A stretch of 64,000 bases of DNA from an uncultured Gammaproteobacteria bacterium (lineage in GTDB: Bacteria > Pseudomonadota > Gammaproteobacteria > Granulosicoccales > Granulosicoccaceae): contig CAWHXF010000014.1 of assembly GCA_963833195.1 (NCBI GenBank), forward strand, positions 32,825 to 96,824, read 5' to 3'. Under the pieces are notes generated by a model. That model did not search any database and was not told the DNA's origin. It was given only the letters and a program-made list of their open reading frames with translations. Numbering within the stretch: the stretch's first letter is position 1; every line of letters starts with the position of its first letter. Positions 19,324-29,100 of this stretch are shown piece after piece. The translations under genes and the position numbers were made by a program.

Positions 19324-20395
19324 ATGCGTATCCAGGAACTGCGCCCGCTTCCGCTGGTCCTCGTCGTGAGCACCGCGATCGCGCTCGGCGCCTGCAGCTC
19401 GAACGATGATGAAGATGACGGCGTCCTCGCTCCGGACGACCCCGCTGAAGAGGTCGACGACAACAGCGGCGGCGGCGCGGTGCCGGATCCCGGGACGGAC
19501 ACGGACACGGATACCGATACGGACACGGACACGGACACGGACACGGACACGGACACGGACACGGACACGGACACGGACACGGACACGGACACGGACACGG
19601 ACACGGACACGGACACCGATACCGACACGGACGGAAGCGCCGCGGTGCGCGACGCGACGTTGTTCGGACTCGTTCGCCTGCGCCAGCCCGACGGACCCGG
19701 CAACGGCGACGACGGGGCGACGGCGATGCCTTCGGCTCGTTCGTGCGTTTCGGCAGCGCGCTGCCCGCCGACACACTGCTCGAGGAGTTCCTGCCCGAGG
19801 CCGACACCTGCACCGTGGAGAGCGACGACGACGACTCGGACGACGACGACCTGTTCCCGAACGCCACCGGCCGCCCGTTCAACTTCGTGAGCGCGGGCAA
19901 CGCGCTGACGTTCACGAGCCCCGCGGGCACGTTCCTGACGCTGCCGCTGGTCGAGGAGCGCGGGTTCGCCGGCTACCGCCCCGAGTCCCGTTCCCTGCCC
20001 GCGCCGTTTCGGTCGAACCTGACGCTGGGCATCGGCGGCAAGGTGTTCTCGGCCTTCGACTCCGTGCCGGTGGTGGACGTCGAGCCGCTCAACGTTCTCG
20101 AGCCCGCGGGCGACGACGGCATCGCCGCGACCACCACGTTCCGCTGGGAGGCCGCCGCGTCCGGCGGAGCGCGTGTCGAGATCGACTCGACTTCGACGAC
20201 GTCGACGACGGCGACGATCTGGAGATCAGGTGCTCCGCCACCGACGACGGCGAGTTCGCGCTGCCCGGGGCCGTGCTGGATCGCGTCCCCGCGGGCGCTG
20301 CCGGGGAGCTCGACATGGATCGGGTCGGCAACACGGTGCGCGGCCAGGACGACGCGCTTCTCGTCGTGAGGAACGAGGCCGCCGGCGGCAGATAG
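19324..20395 (+). CDS. Lipoprotein with (Thr-Asp)n linker and acidic domain paralogous to 9710-11230; two frameshifts
   Basis: LGAC lipobox. Shares DTC, GRPF.FVSAG..L.FTSPAGT.LTLP, FRWEA, CSA.DDGEF.LP and NEAAGGR with the Fn3 protein. Frame changes near 19715 and 20185. Confidence 0.75.
19495..19632 (+). repeat. Hexanucleotide tandem repeat (ACGGAC)x23 encoding (TD)23
   Basis: Directly visible, with a few synonymous variants at the edges. Confidence 0.95.
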
Positions 20396-20574
20396 TCCCG
20401 CGATGGCGGGATGGTCGTCCGCCTCGACAGCCCGCGTGCGTCGCCCCGATCCAGCCGTCGGGGCATGACGCGCGCGGTTTTCGGCAACGGGCAGCACGCT
20501 GCCTCCAGGGCATTCGAACCGGCATGAAGCGAGACGCGAATCCAAAGGACTCGAAGCGCGGGCGAAAGACCCTC

Positions 20575-21109
20575 GTGGTCGGTCGACGAGCACCTGCGCA
20601 CGAACGTCCCCGAGGTGCTGGTCGCGGGCGACGCGAACGGGGTCAGCATGCTGGTGCAGAGCGCCATTCACCAGGCGAGGGTCGCGGCCCGGAACGCGGC
20701 CGCGGACACGGACGAGGCCTACCACCCGCGGGCGATCGCGACGGGCAGCTTCACGGAACCCGAGTACGGCTCGGTGGGATTGACCGAGTCCGAGGCACGT
20801 GAAGGACATGACTGCCTCGTCGAGGTCGTCGACTACACCGCCCTGCCGCGCGCGGTGATGGACGGCCGCACCGACGGCTTCTGCAAGATCATCGTCGATG
20901 CGAGGACGCAGAAGCTGCTGGGTGCCCACGTGCTCGGCTCCTACTCGGCCGAGGTGATCCAGGTCGCGGCCACCTGCATGGCCGCCGGCATGACGGTCCG
21001 CGACATCGCGGCGCTGGAGCTGGCCTTCCCCACGTTCACCGAAGCCCTCGGCATGGCCGCCCAGCGCATGAGCCGGACGCTGCGGCTCGATCACGTGCAG
21101 ATCCGATAG
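20575..21109 (+). pseudogene. C-terminal fragment of a pyridine nucleotide-disulfide oxidoreductase
   Basis: DEHLRTNVPEVLVAGD, FTEPEYGSVGLTE, GFCKIIVD..LLGAH and FPTFTE. The FAD/NAD-binding N-terminus is missing. Confidence 0.75.
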
Positions 21110-21173
21110 CGGATCGGCCAGCCCCGGCGCGATCGCCCCCCAAAACCGACATCATCCTGAAAAGAGCGCAGAC

Positions 21174-21953
21174 ATGGACACGAAGAATCTGTTCGACCTG
21201 ACGGGCAAGACCGCCATCGTGACGGGCGGGGCCAACGGCATCGGCAAGGCGAGCTGCGAGATGCTGGCGGCGTTCGGCGCGAAGGTCGTGGTCTCGGACT
21301 ACAACCTGAAGGACGCCGAAAGGACGTCCGGGCAGATCAACGACGGTGGCGGCGAGACCATCGCCATCGACTGCGACGTGACCGACGACGACGCGCTGGT
21401 CGGGCTCGTGGACAAGACGGTCGAGAAGTTCGGCAGCATCGAGATCCTCGTCAACAACGTCGGAGGCGGTGGGGCCGGCAAGGAGAGCCCGCACGACATC
21501 GAGGTGTCGCAGTTCGCCAAGGTCTTCGAGATGAACGTCTTCAGCATGTGGCGCCTGTGCCAGCTCGTGGCGCCGCACATGAAGAAGGCCGGGTACGGCA
21601 GCATGATCAACATGTCCTCGATGGCCTCGATCAACAAGAGCTCGGCGATCAGCGCCTACGCCTCGTCGAAGGCGGCCATCAACCACATGACCCGGACCCT
21701 GGCCTTCGACTACGGCCCCGACGATATCCGCGTCAACGCGATCGGGCCCGGCGCCACCCGCACGCACGCGCTGTCGACGGTACTGACTCCGGAGCTGGAG
21801 GAGCGGATGTTGAAGCACACGCCCATCCACCGGTTGGGCGAGTCCGAGGACATCGCCGGCGCGGTGCTCTACTTCGCCGCCCCCATCTCGAGCTGGACGA
21901 GCGGACAGGTCATCTTCGTCAACGGTGGGGGCGAGCAGACCCTGGATATGTAG
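21174..21953 (+). CDS. hdhA: SDR, 7alpha-hydroxysteroid dehydrogenase-like
   Basis: TGGANGIG, NNVGGGG and YASSKAA. C-terminus HTPIHRLGESEDIA..SSWTSGQVIFVNGGGEQTLD closely follows the HdhA pattern. Confidence 0.72.
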   Translation: MDTKNLFDLTGKTAIVTGGANGIGKASCEMLAAFGAKVVVSDYNLKDAERTSGQINDGGGETIAIDCDVTDDDALVGLVDKTVEKFGSIEILVNNVGGGGAGKESPHDIEVSQFAKVFEMNVFSMWRLCQLVAPHMKKAGYGSMINMSSMASINKSSAISAYASSKAAINHMTRTLAFDYGPDDIRVNAIGPGATRTHALSTVLTPELEERMLKHTPIHRLGESEDIAGAVLYFAAPISSWTSGQVIFVNGGGEQTLDM

Positions 21954-21959
21954 GAGACG

Positions 21960-22693
21960 AGCCACGACTACGCCGACCCCGGCTCGGACGTCTGGGACTA
22001 CGCGGCCGCCGTCAGCGGGATGTCGAAGTCCGGCGACGACGATTGCTCGGACGGCATCTACGCCTTCGTGCAAAGGCTCGACAAGGACCCCGACCGCAAC
22101 CACGGCGAGGCCTTCACCTATCTCACGCCCAACGCGGACCTGGTGGGCTGGCTGGTGGTCCGCACCACCGACACGTCGCTCTTCGTTAACGTCGCCGAGC
22201 GTATCTGGGCACCCATCGGCGCCGAGCGCGATGCGCTCTACGTCGTCAATGCCATCGGCACGCCCCGGGCGGGCGACGGGTTCAGCGGCATGCTGCGCGA
22301 CATGGCGCGTTGGGGCCGGCTGAGCTCGACGAAGGCAGGGGCGGCGATTCCCAGGTCATTCCGGCGGCGGCCATCGAGAGCATCGCCGGCGGCGGCAGCC
22401 ACGCCGCCTTCCGGAAGTCCGATCATCCCGGCCTCGTGGGCTGGAGCTATCGCGGGTTGGTGTGGAACACTGAGAACAATCACGGAGCCTACGCCGCCCG
22501 AGGCGTGTACGGGCAGACCGTCTACGTGGACCCTGTGGCCGAGATGGTCATCGCCCGCTTCGCCTCGTATCCGGAGGTTGCCAACGCGGCGAACGATCCC
22601 ACGTTCCTACCCGCCTACTCGGCCATAGCCGTATACCTGATGGCGTCGGGAGACGGATCCGGCGACGGGTCGAGCAACACGTCGAGCGACTGA
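21960..22693 (+). pseudogene. C-terminal fragment of a class C beta-lactamase-fold serine hydrolase (NylB-like)
   Basis: HGEAFTYLTPNADLVGW, LRDMARWG and ARGVYGQTVYVDP. No SxxK N-terminus; frameshift near 22320. Confidence 0.7.
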
Positions 22694-22900
22694 GCGCTCC
22701 GGTCGCCCGTCGCACGACCGCGCTCGGCGCGACCGCGACGGACGACCCGACCGCGCCCGGCCAGGCGTCGGGCGAGACGCATCGTCCGCGTCCCGAGCGG
22801 TGCCGCGTCGCTGGCCGCCCGGGCGGTCACCTTCGTGCTGCCGCTGTTGGTAGCCGTATCCCGATCGGCGACGACGTGCCGTCGCGCGACCGGGGCGCGA

Positions 22901-25273
22901 TCAGCGATTCTCCAGCCGGCTGTAGTCGAGCTGGCCGAAGGCCGTCGGGTCGCGCTCGCGCAGCGCACCGTGCAGCTCGTCGCTGTAGGCCCAGAAGTCC
23001 GGGTCGGTGCGGCGGATGCCGTGCTCGTCCATCAGCCGCGCGTAGTCCGCCTCGTCCCCCAGCGCCAGCACCGCGTCCACGAACGCGGGCAGCTCGGCCT
23101 CGGTGAGCCGCACCAGCGCGTTCGGGTAGGCGGCGCGCACGCCGGGCACCACCGTCACCGTGTTCTCGTCCGGCGCGAGATACTTCGCCTCGTTGAACAC
23201 CGAGCTCAGGTTACGGTGCGCGTCGTTCCTGAACAGCGAGGCCCAGCGCAGCGCGCCGTCGTCGCCCTCGATGCGCAGCAGCGTGAACTGGGCCAGCAGC
23301 GTCGTGGGCGAGCCGGCGAAGTCTTCCAGTCGGGCGAGTTCCGCGTCGGGCGACGAGCCCGGGGGCCGTACCGGCGCCAGGCGCTCGGCGAGCCTGCCGT
23401 ACAGCTCGCCCAGCGGATCGTCGGTGCGGTAGTCGATGCCGCGCAGCGGCAGCGCGTCGAGCTCGGGGTTGGCCATGTAGTCGAGCGCGCGTCGCGGCGC
23501 GTCCCGGTACCAGCGCTCCCGCACGGCCTCGCGCGTCGCGGGCGGTACGAAGCCCAGCAGGTTCTTCTCCCCCTGCATGCGCAGGAAATCCATGTGCAGC
23601 CGCGAGGTGAGCTGGTGGCCGAGCGTGCCGAAGACGTCGTAGTCGGCCACCAGCAGGTAGTGGATGCGCTCGAGCAGCGGGTAGTCGATGACCCAGGCCG
23701 TGTCGGGCGGGTCCGCCCCGAGCAGTCCCGGCTCCACGCTCGCGTTGTCGCGGTGGCGGAACACGGTGAGGGCCGCGTTGGCGTTGACGCCCTCCCCGTC
23801 CCAGATCAGGTCGAGCGACAGGTCGTTGTCGCCGAACCAGCGCGCGAGCGCCGCGTCGCGCGCCCCGTGGTGGCGCCGCTCCTTCGCCTCGTAGCGGCCC
23901 CAGTGCAGCACCGGGGTCAGCCCGTTGCTCGAGTCCTGGCGGTTGGCGAGATCCAGCTCGTGGCTGACGGACGGCAGGTAAGCTTCCGTGGCCCGGCTCA
24001 GGTCCGAGTCGGGGGCCAGGAACACCACCCAGAAGCGGTCGCGGATGACGCTGACGGCAATCTGTCCGCGGCACACGCTGCCGCGGATGTAGTTGGCGAT
24101 CGTGAAGCGCGCCTCGTCGAGCATGAAGCGGTAGCGCGCCTCCATCGGCAGTGCCTCGAACGCGACGAACGGGTTGGCGCTGCCGGCGGGCGGGTAGTCC
24201 GGCAACGACTCGATCTCGTCGCGCCCGTCGAAGAACAGGGCTTCGAGGCGCGCCAGACGCGCCGCATCCAGCGCGTACGGGTTGTGGGTCTTCAGCACCG
24301 GCGTCTCGCGCTCGGGCACGAGGCGGTAGTACAAAGTCCCGACGCCCGGATCGTCGAACGGGCGGCGCGAGGCGACGAGCGCCACGGGCTCGCCCGGCGG
24401 ACTGGTCGAGCGCACCAGGCGGAAGAACGCATCGCTCGCCACGTCCGGGAAGAACAGCTGCGCCTGGAAGAGGTGCTCGTAGAGGTAGCGCGCCGTCAGC
24501 CTGCCCCGGTTCGTCGATCGGTTGAAGAACCGCTCCCAGGTCTCGATGTCGCCCCAGAAGCGCCGCTCCGGAAACGCGCTGGAGCGGTACGGCGCGCCCG
24601 CGTCCAGCCACGAGATCAGCGTGGCGCGCTCGGCCTCAGCGAGCGCGGGCAGCCCGTAGGGCATGCCGGCCTCGGGGTGGCGCCGCGCGTAGGCATCGAA
24701 CTCGCCGAGCGTGGGGCACTCGTCGGTGCGTGCGGGCGCGAACGTGTACGCGGGCGACAGGGTGCCGGAGGTCGGCGGGGGATGGCGCTCCTTTAGATCG
24801 AGGTAGCGCCGGAGGAGACCGGCCTCCACCGCGTCGTCCCGGACCTCGCCCAGCACCGGGAAGAAGCCCTTCGCGCGCCAGCCCGGCACGGTGCCCGCGT
24901 CGACGAACAGGCGCGTCGGGTCGGCGGGCGTCAGGCGCGTCGAGTGGTACACCGCCGCCTTGCTCGCCCCGCGCTCGAGGCCCTCGGGCGCGGTCGCCTT
25001 CAACTGGCAGGGCGCGTCGTAGCAGGCGTGGCAGGCCACGCAGCGCGACGCCAGGATCGGTCGGACGTCGGCGTCGTAGTCGATGCCGGCGGCCGCCCCG
25101 GCGACGCCGCCGCGAGCGCCGCCCGCCACCGGCACGATCGCCGCGTCCGGAACGAGCCGCGCGGCGCCGCAGGCGGCGAGCGTGACGAGAAGGAACGCCG
25201 CCGCGGCGAGAGGGCGACGCCGCCCGATTCGCCGTCCCGGACCCATCCGCCGTCGGGTCGCCTCGAACGTCAT
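22901..25273 (-). CDS. cti: Fatty-acid cis/trans isomerase
   Basis: CVACHACYDAPCQLK heme motif, ARYLYEHLF, RGSVCRGQIA, LERIHYLLV; ends LENR. Confidence 0.93.
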   Translation of the reverse strand: MTFEATRRRMGPGRRIGRRRPLAAAAFLLVTLAACGAARLVPDAAIVPVAGGARGGVAGAAAGIDYDADVRPILASRCVACHACYDAPCQLKATAPEGLERGASKAAVYHSTRLTPADPTRLFVDAGTVPGWRAKGFFPVLGEVRDDAVEAGLLRRYLDLKERHPPPTSGTLSPAYTFAPARTDECPTLGEFDAYARRHPEAGMPYGLPALAEAERATLISWLDAGAPYRSSAFPERRFWGDIETWERFFNRSTNRGRLTARYLYEHLFQAQLFFPDVASDAFFRLVRSTSPPGEPVALVASRRPFDDPGVGTLYYRLVPERETPVLKTHNPYALDAARLARLEALFFDGRDEIESLPDYPPAGSANPFVAFEALPMEARYRFMLDEARFTIANYIRGSVCRGQIAVSVIRDRFWVVFLAPDSDLSRATEAYLPSVSHELDLANRQDSSNGLTPVLHWGRYEAKERRHHGARDAALARWFGDNDLSLDLIWDGEGVNANAALTVFRHRDNASVEPGLLGADPPDTAWVIDYPLLERIHYLLVADYDVFGTLGHQLTSRLHMDFLRMQGEKNLLGFVPPATREAVRERWYRDAPRRALDYMANPELDALPLRGIDYRTDDPLGELYGRLAERLAPVRPPGSSPDAELARLEDFAGSPTTLLAQFTLLRIEGDDGALRWASLFRNDAHRNLSSVFNEAKYLAPDENTVTVVPGVRAAYPNALVRLTEAELPAFVDAVLALGDEADYARLMDEHGIRRTDPDFWAYSDELHGALRERDPTAFGQLDYSRLENR

Positions 25274-26138
25274 CGGTCATCCTCGCGGGGGGCCGTCGCG
25301 GCGGCGTCCCGTCGAATCGGTCGCGGCACGCGGAACCACGCGACGTACAGCGCCGGCAGGAACAGCAGCGTCAGCACGGTCCCCGCCACGATGCCGCCCA
25401 TCATCGCGTAGGCCATCGGCGCCCAGAACACGTCGCGCGAGATCGGTATCAATGCAAGGGTGGCAGCCGCCGCGGTGAGAAGGATCGGGCGCATGCGGTG
25501 CTCGGTCGCCTCGGTGACCGCGCGCCAGGGCTCGATACCGGCGCCGCGCAGGTTCTCGATCTGCACGATCAGGATCACCGAGTTCCGGATCAGTATCCCG
25601 ACGAGCGCCAGCACGCCCAGGATCGCCACGAAGCCCATCGGCACGCCGGTCGGCAGCAGCACCGCCACGACCCCGACGAGCGCGAACGGGGCGATCGAGA
25701 ACACCAGCAGCAAGCGCTGGAAGCTCTGCAGCTGGATCATCAGGATCGTCGCCATGACCAGCAGCATCAGCGGCACCGCGGCCACGATCGGGCCCTGCGA
25801 CTCGCCGCTGCTCTCGGCCACGCCGCCGACCTCGACGTCCATGCCGCCGGGCAGGCCCGCCTCGAAGGCGGCGACGGCGGGCGCGAGCCGTGCGGTGACG
25901 GTCGCGGGCTGCACGCCGGCGGCGAGCTCGGACTGCACGGTGATCGTCGGCACGCGCGAGCGACGCCACACGACGGGCTGCTCGAGCTCGTGGGACAGCG
26001 TCGCGACCGAGCGCAGCGGCACGGCGCGCCCGCTCGCGCCGTGCACCTCGATGCGTCCGAGCGAGTCGAGCGACTCGCGCTCCCCGGCCTCCACGCGCGC
26101 GACGACGTCGACGAGGTAGACGCCGTCGCGCACCTGCG
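25270..26138 (-). pseudogene. 3' fragment of an RND efflux permease truncated by the IS4 element
   Basis: GILIRNSVILI, RMRPILLT and WAPMAYAMMGG. The frame is cut at the IS terminal repeat. Confidence 0.85.
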
Positions 26139-27584
26139 CATCGGTGATCGGTTAACGAGCCCACTGCTTGCCCTGATCGACCCGCTCCAGCAGCGATAGC
26201 CGCTTCACGTTCGGATCCGGTGCCTCGTGAAGCAGTATCGTCTCGAGCCGTTCGCCAAGCGCGGCCGCCAACCTTGTCGGCAGCAACACCACTTCCAGCA
26301 CGCTCGTGCCCAGCGTCGCCAGCAACGCCGACCAGCGCTCCTCGCGCACCCGACGCCGATCCTCACCCAGCTGCCGGCGCACCGCCTCGAGAAGTCGCCG
26401 GCTCGCCAACAGGCCGATCACGCTCGACAGGATCAGCGCCTCGACCGCCGCGCTCTTCCGGCTCGGCAGCTCCTCGAGCTCGTAGCGGCTCTTGAGCTCG
26501 CGGAAGATCAGCTCCACTTGCCACCTACACGCATAGGCCTGAGCGACATCGGCCACCGTCATCTGCTCGGTACCGATGTTCGTCAGGTAGAACCAATACA
26601 GTCCGTCGCCCGGATCTCGAAGTCCGACCAGACGAAGCCGACGGCGTGCCCGACGGCGCTTTCCCGCATAGACCCGGCGCTGGAACTCGACCTCGACCTC
26701 CACGTCCAGCTCCTCGCGCTTGAGCCGACCGGCCACCTCGTCGAGCTTTCGCCCCTCGAGCGCGACGGCCCGGCCGCGGTGACGCCGGTGAACGGCCACG
26801 ATCTTCGGGTTCGCGCAACCGGATAGCCGCGAGACGAAGTGGCCGCCGTTGCGATCGATGCAGTCGAACATCTGGTAGCGGAAGTAGCCAAGATCGAACA
26901 GCAGAAGCTTGCCGCGTACCCAAGGCCCGATGATCAGGGCCTTGTGATCCTTGACCCGCTCGCCGGTGATCTTCACGCGCGTAGCGCCGTGGCCGCTCAC
27001 GCTCATTGCCAGGTGAAGCTTCGCTGCCGCCGGCGAGCTGTTGGTACGTGTGCCCGCAAAGCGCCTGGCGAGCAGCCGATGCACCTTGATCACGCTGGCG
27101 TCGGCGGCCACGACGTCCTCGAAGCGCGCCAGCAGGGCCCGACCGGGCCGATCGCCACCGCTCGCGGCCAGCCGCTCGACGAGCACGGACAGCACGGCAC
27201 GCAGGAAGCGGAGCAACGACGCATCGAAGCGGGCATGGAAGCTGGCCTGGACCAGCGGGGCGCCACTCATCCGACCGTACAGGCGCCGAAGGCTGGCGAA
27301 GGAGCGCGTCGTGCCGGCACCGAAGCCGAGTGCAAGGGTCCAGAACATCGCCACCGGATCGAGCTTGCGACGCCGTTGCACGAAGCCGGTATCCCGGGCG
27401 ATGCGTTCGAGTTCGTCGCCGGGCAGCAACGTGGTCAAGGTGGTGCGGATGTCGATAGACTTGGATCGGGCCACGGTCTGGTTCGGTGGTTTGACGGGAG
27501 CTTCGCAACTCCGATCAGACCAGAGGCCGTGGCCCTCTTCAAGTGGTTGATCCAGCAGGACTTGCTGCTATCCGATCACCGATG
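26139..27584 (-). mobile_element. IS4-family insertion sequence (about 1446 bp), no target duplication
   Basis: Terminal inverted repeats CATCGGTGATCGGTTAAC / CATCGGTGATCGGATAGC (16/18 match) enclose a single DDE transposase. The two flanks differ. Confidence 0.88.
26152..27474 (-). CDS. IS4-family DDE transposase
   Basis: AADAS, LFDLGYF and YACRWQVELIFRELKS (YREK signature). Confidence 0.93.
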   Translation of the reverse strand: MARSKSIDIRTTLTTLLPGDELERIARDTGFVQRRRKLDPVAMFWTLALGFGAGTTRSFASLRRLYGRMSGAPLVQASFHARFDASLLRFLRAVLSVLVERLAASGGDRPGRALLARFEDVVAADASVIKVHRLLARRFAGTRTNSSPAAAKLHLAMSVSGHGATRVKITGERVKDHKALIIGPWVRGKLLLFDLGYFRYQMFDCIDRNGGHFVSRLSGCANPKIVAVHRRHRGRAVALEGRKLDEVAGRLKREELDVEVEVEFQRRVYAGKRRRARRRLRLVGLRDPGDGLYWFYLTNIGTEQMTVADVAQAYACRWQVELIFRELKSRYELEELPSRKSAAVEALILSSVIGLLASRRLLEAVRRQLGEDRRRVREERWSALLATLGTSVLEVVLLPTRLAAALGERLETILLHEAPDPNVKRLSLLERVDQGKQWAR

Positions 27585-27807
27585 CCGCGCCCCGTACTCT
27601 CGGCGACGCGTGGGCGCGCAACCCGAGCTTCGTCGGCCTGATCGTGCCCTCGTCGGCGGGGACGCCGCGTCGAACGACGCGTCGTTCGATGCGCCGCCGT
27701 CGTTCGACGTGCCGATCAACCCCGAGCACCCGGACGCCGGATGGATCCGGGTCGAGCGCACGACGCCGTTCGCCGTCGACGCGCGCCGGGGAGCGGAGCG
27801 CTCGTGA
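27585..27807 (+). pseudogene. 3' remnant of a RES-domain toxin gene
   Basis: LGDAWARNPSFVGLIVPS, a frame slip at a G-run (about 27660), then INPEHPD..IRVERTTPFAVDAR. This is the RES GDxW..LxVPS..NPxHPD signature. Stop overlaps the recombinase start. Confidence 0.65.
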
Positions 27808-28937
27808 TGACGGACATCCGGCGCCACCCCGGGGCGGACTCGGTTGCGGACGAGGACCGGGCGGCCGAGGCCGAGCTCGTGCTCCGGGACGGGACCGACG
27901 AGCGCGGCGTCGAGCTCGCGGTCGCCGAGCGCCTGTTCGCCGAGGTCCGACGCGACGAGAAGATCCGCGCGAGCCACGCCCCGGCGACGCGCCGGGCGTA
28001 CGCCGCCGACTGGGTGGCGTTCCGCACCTGGTGCGACCGGATGGCGGGCGCGGGCCTGTCGTGCGCCGCGCTGCCCGCCACGGACGCGACGCTCGCGACC
28101 TGGGTCGGCGCGCTCGACCGGCTCGCGCTGTCGACGGTCAGGCGAAAGCTTTCCGCGGTGCGCCTGGCGCACGCCCGACTCGGGCATCCCCTGCCCGCGG
28201 ACCTGCCGGCGACGACGGCGGCGCTGCGCGGCCACGCCCGCGAGCAAAGCGACCGCGCGCCGCGTCGCCAGACGGCCGCCACCACGTCCGTGCTCGTGCG
28301 CCTGGTCGACACGCTCGACGGCGACGAGTCCCTGCACGCGGCGAGAAACCGCGCCGTGCTGCTCGTCGGCTTCGACGCGGCGCTCCGGCGTGCCGAGATC
28401 GTGGGACTCGACCGCGAGCACCTCGTGCCCACCGAGACGGGCTACGTGCTCCGCCTGCCGCGCACGAAGGGCGCCCGCCCCGGCAAGGCCGCGCACGTGG
28501 CGCTTCGTCGCCAGCCGACGCCGCGCTACTGCCCGGTCGCGGCCCTCGACGCGTGGCTCGAGCGAGCGGCCCGTCCTCGCGGGGCGGTGTTCGTCGGCCT
28601 CGGCGCCCACCGCGCGCATGTGCCGCCCGGAGCGACGCGGTTGTCCGAGCGGGCGGTCGCACGCATCGTCCAGGGCGCCGCGAAGGCGGCGGGGCTCGAC
28701 GGCCCGTTCGCCGGCCACAGCCTGAGGCGCGGCCAGATCACCGCGGCGGTCGAGGCCGGGGTCCCGCTCGACCGGATCCAGGCGCACGCCCGGCACCGGG
28801 ACCTCGGCACCACGCTCGCCTACGTCGAGGCCCGCACCGCCCGGGACAACCATCCCGGGCTCGTCATCGGCGATACCGACCTCGAGCGCATCGAGGCCGA
28901 CCGTCCGCCCGGTGCGCTCGGTACCGAGGACGCGTGA
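27807..28937 (+). CDS. Cre/TnpS-like tyrosine recombinase
   Basis: SAM-like TRRAYAADW..F..WC; catalytic ALRRAE, RTKG, GHSLRRG, ARH and LAY. Confidence 0.9.
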   Translation: MTDIRRHPGADSVADEDRAAEAELVLRDGTDERGVELAVAERLFAEVRRDEKIRASHAPATRRAYAADWVAFRTWCDRMAGAGLSCAALPATDATLATWVGALDRLALSTVRRKLSAVRLAHARLGHPLPADLPATTAALRGHAREQSDRAPRRQTAATTSVLVRLVDTLDGDESLHAARNRAVLLVGFDAALRRAEIVGLDREHLVPTETGYVLRLPRTKGARPGKAAHVALRRQPTPRYCPVAALDAWLERAARPRGAVFVGLGAHRAHVPPGATRLSERAVARIVQGAAKAAGLDGPFAGHSLRRGQITAAVEAGVPLDRIQAHARHRDLGTTLAYVEARTARDNHPGLVIGDTDLERIEADRPPGALGTEDA

Positions 28938-28958
28938 CAGACGCTCCAATGCCGGCGC

Positions 28959-28996
28959 CTCAGCGTGTGGCTTTTTCCCTTTCCTCCAGTCGCCCC
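28959..28996 (-). mobile_element. 38-bp Tn3-family terminal inverted repeat
   Basis: Minus strand GGGGCGACTGGAGGAAAGGGAAAAAGCCACACGCTGAG: GGGG start, GGAAAA core, ACGCTxAG end. Sits exactly at the truncation point of an ABC permease. Confidence 0.8.
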
Positions 28997-29100
28997 AGCA
29001 TGAAGACCACCGGGAACAGGAAGACGAGCGCGACGAGGCAGAGGACGAGGTAGCGCGCGGCGAGCCTGAGCCCCCGGTTGTCGGCGGAGACGGTTCCCAT
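28997..29100 (-). pseudogene. 5' stub of a carbohydrate ABC permease, interrupted by the transposon end
   Basis: MGTVSADNRGLRLAARYLVLCLVALVFLFPVVFML followed directly by the IR. Confidence 0.75.
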
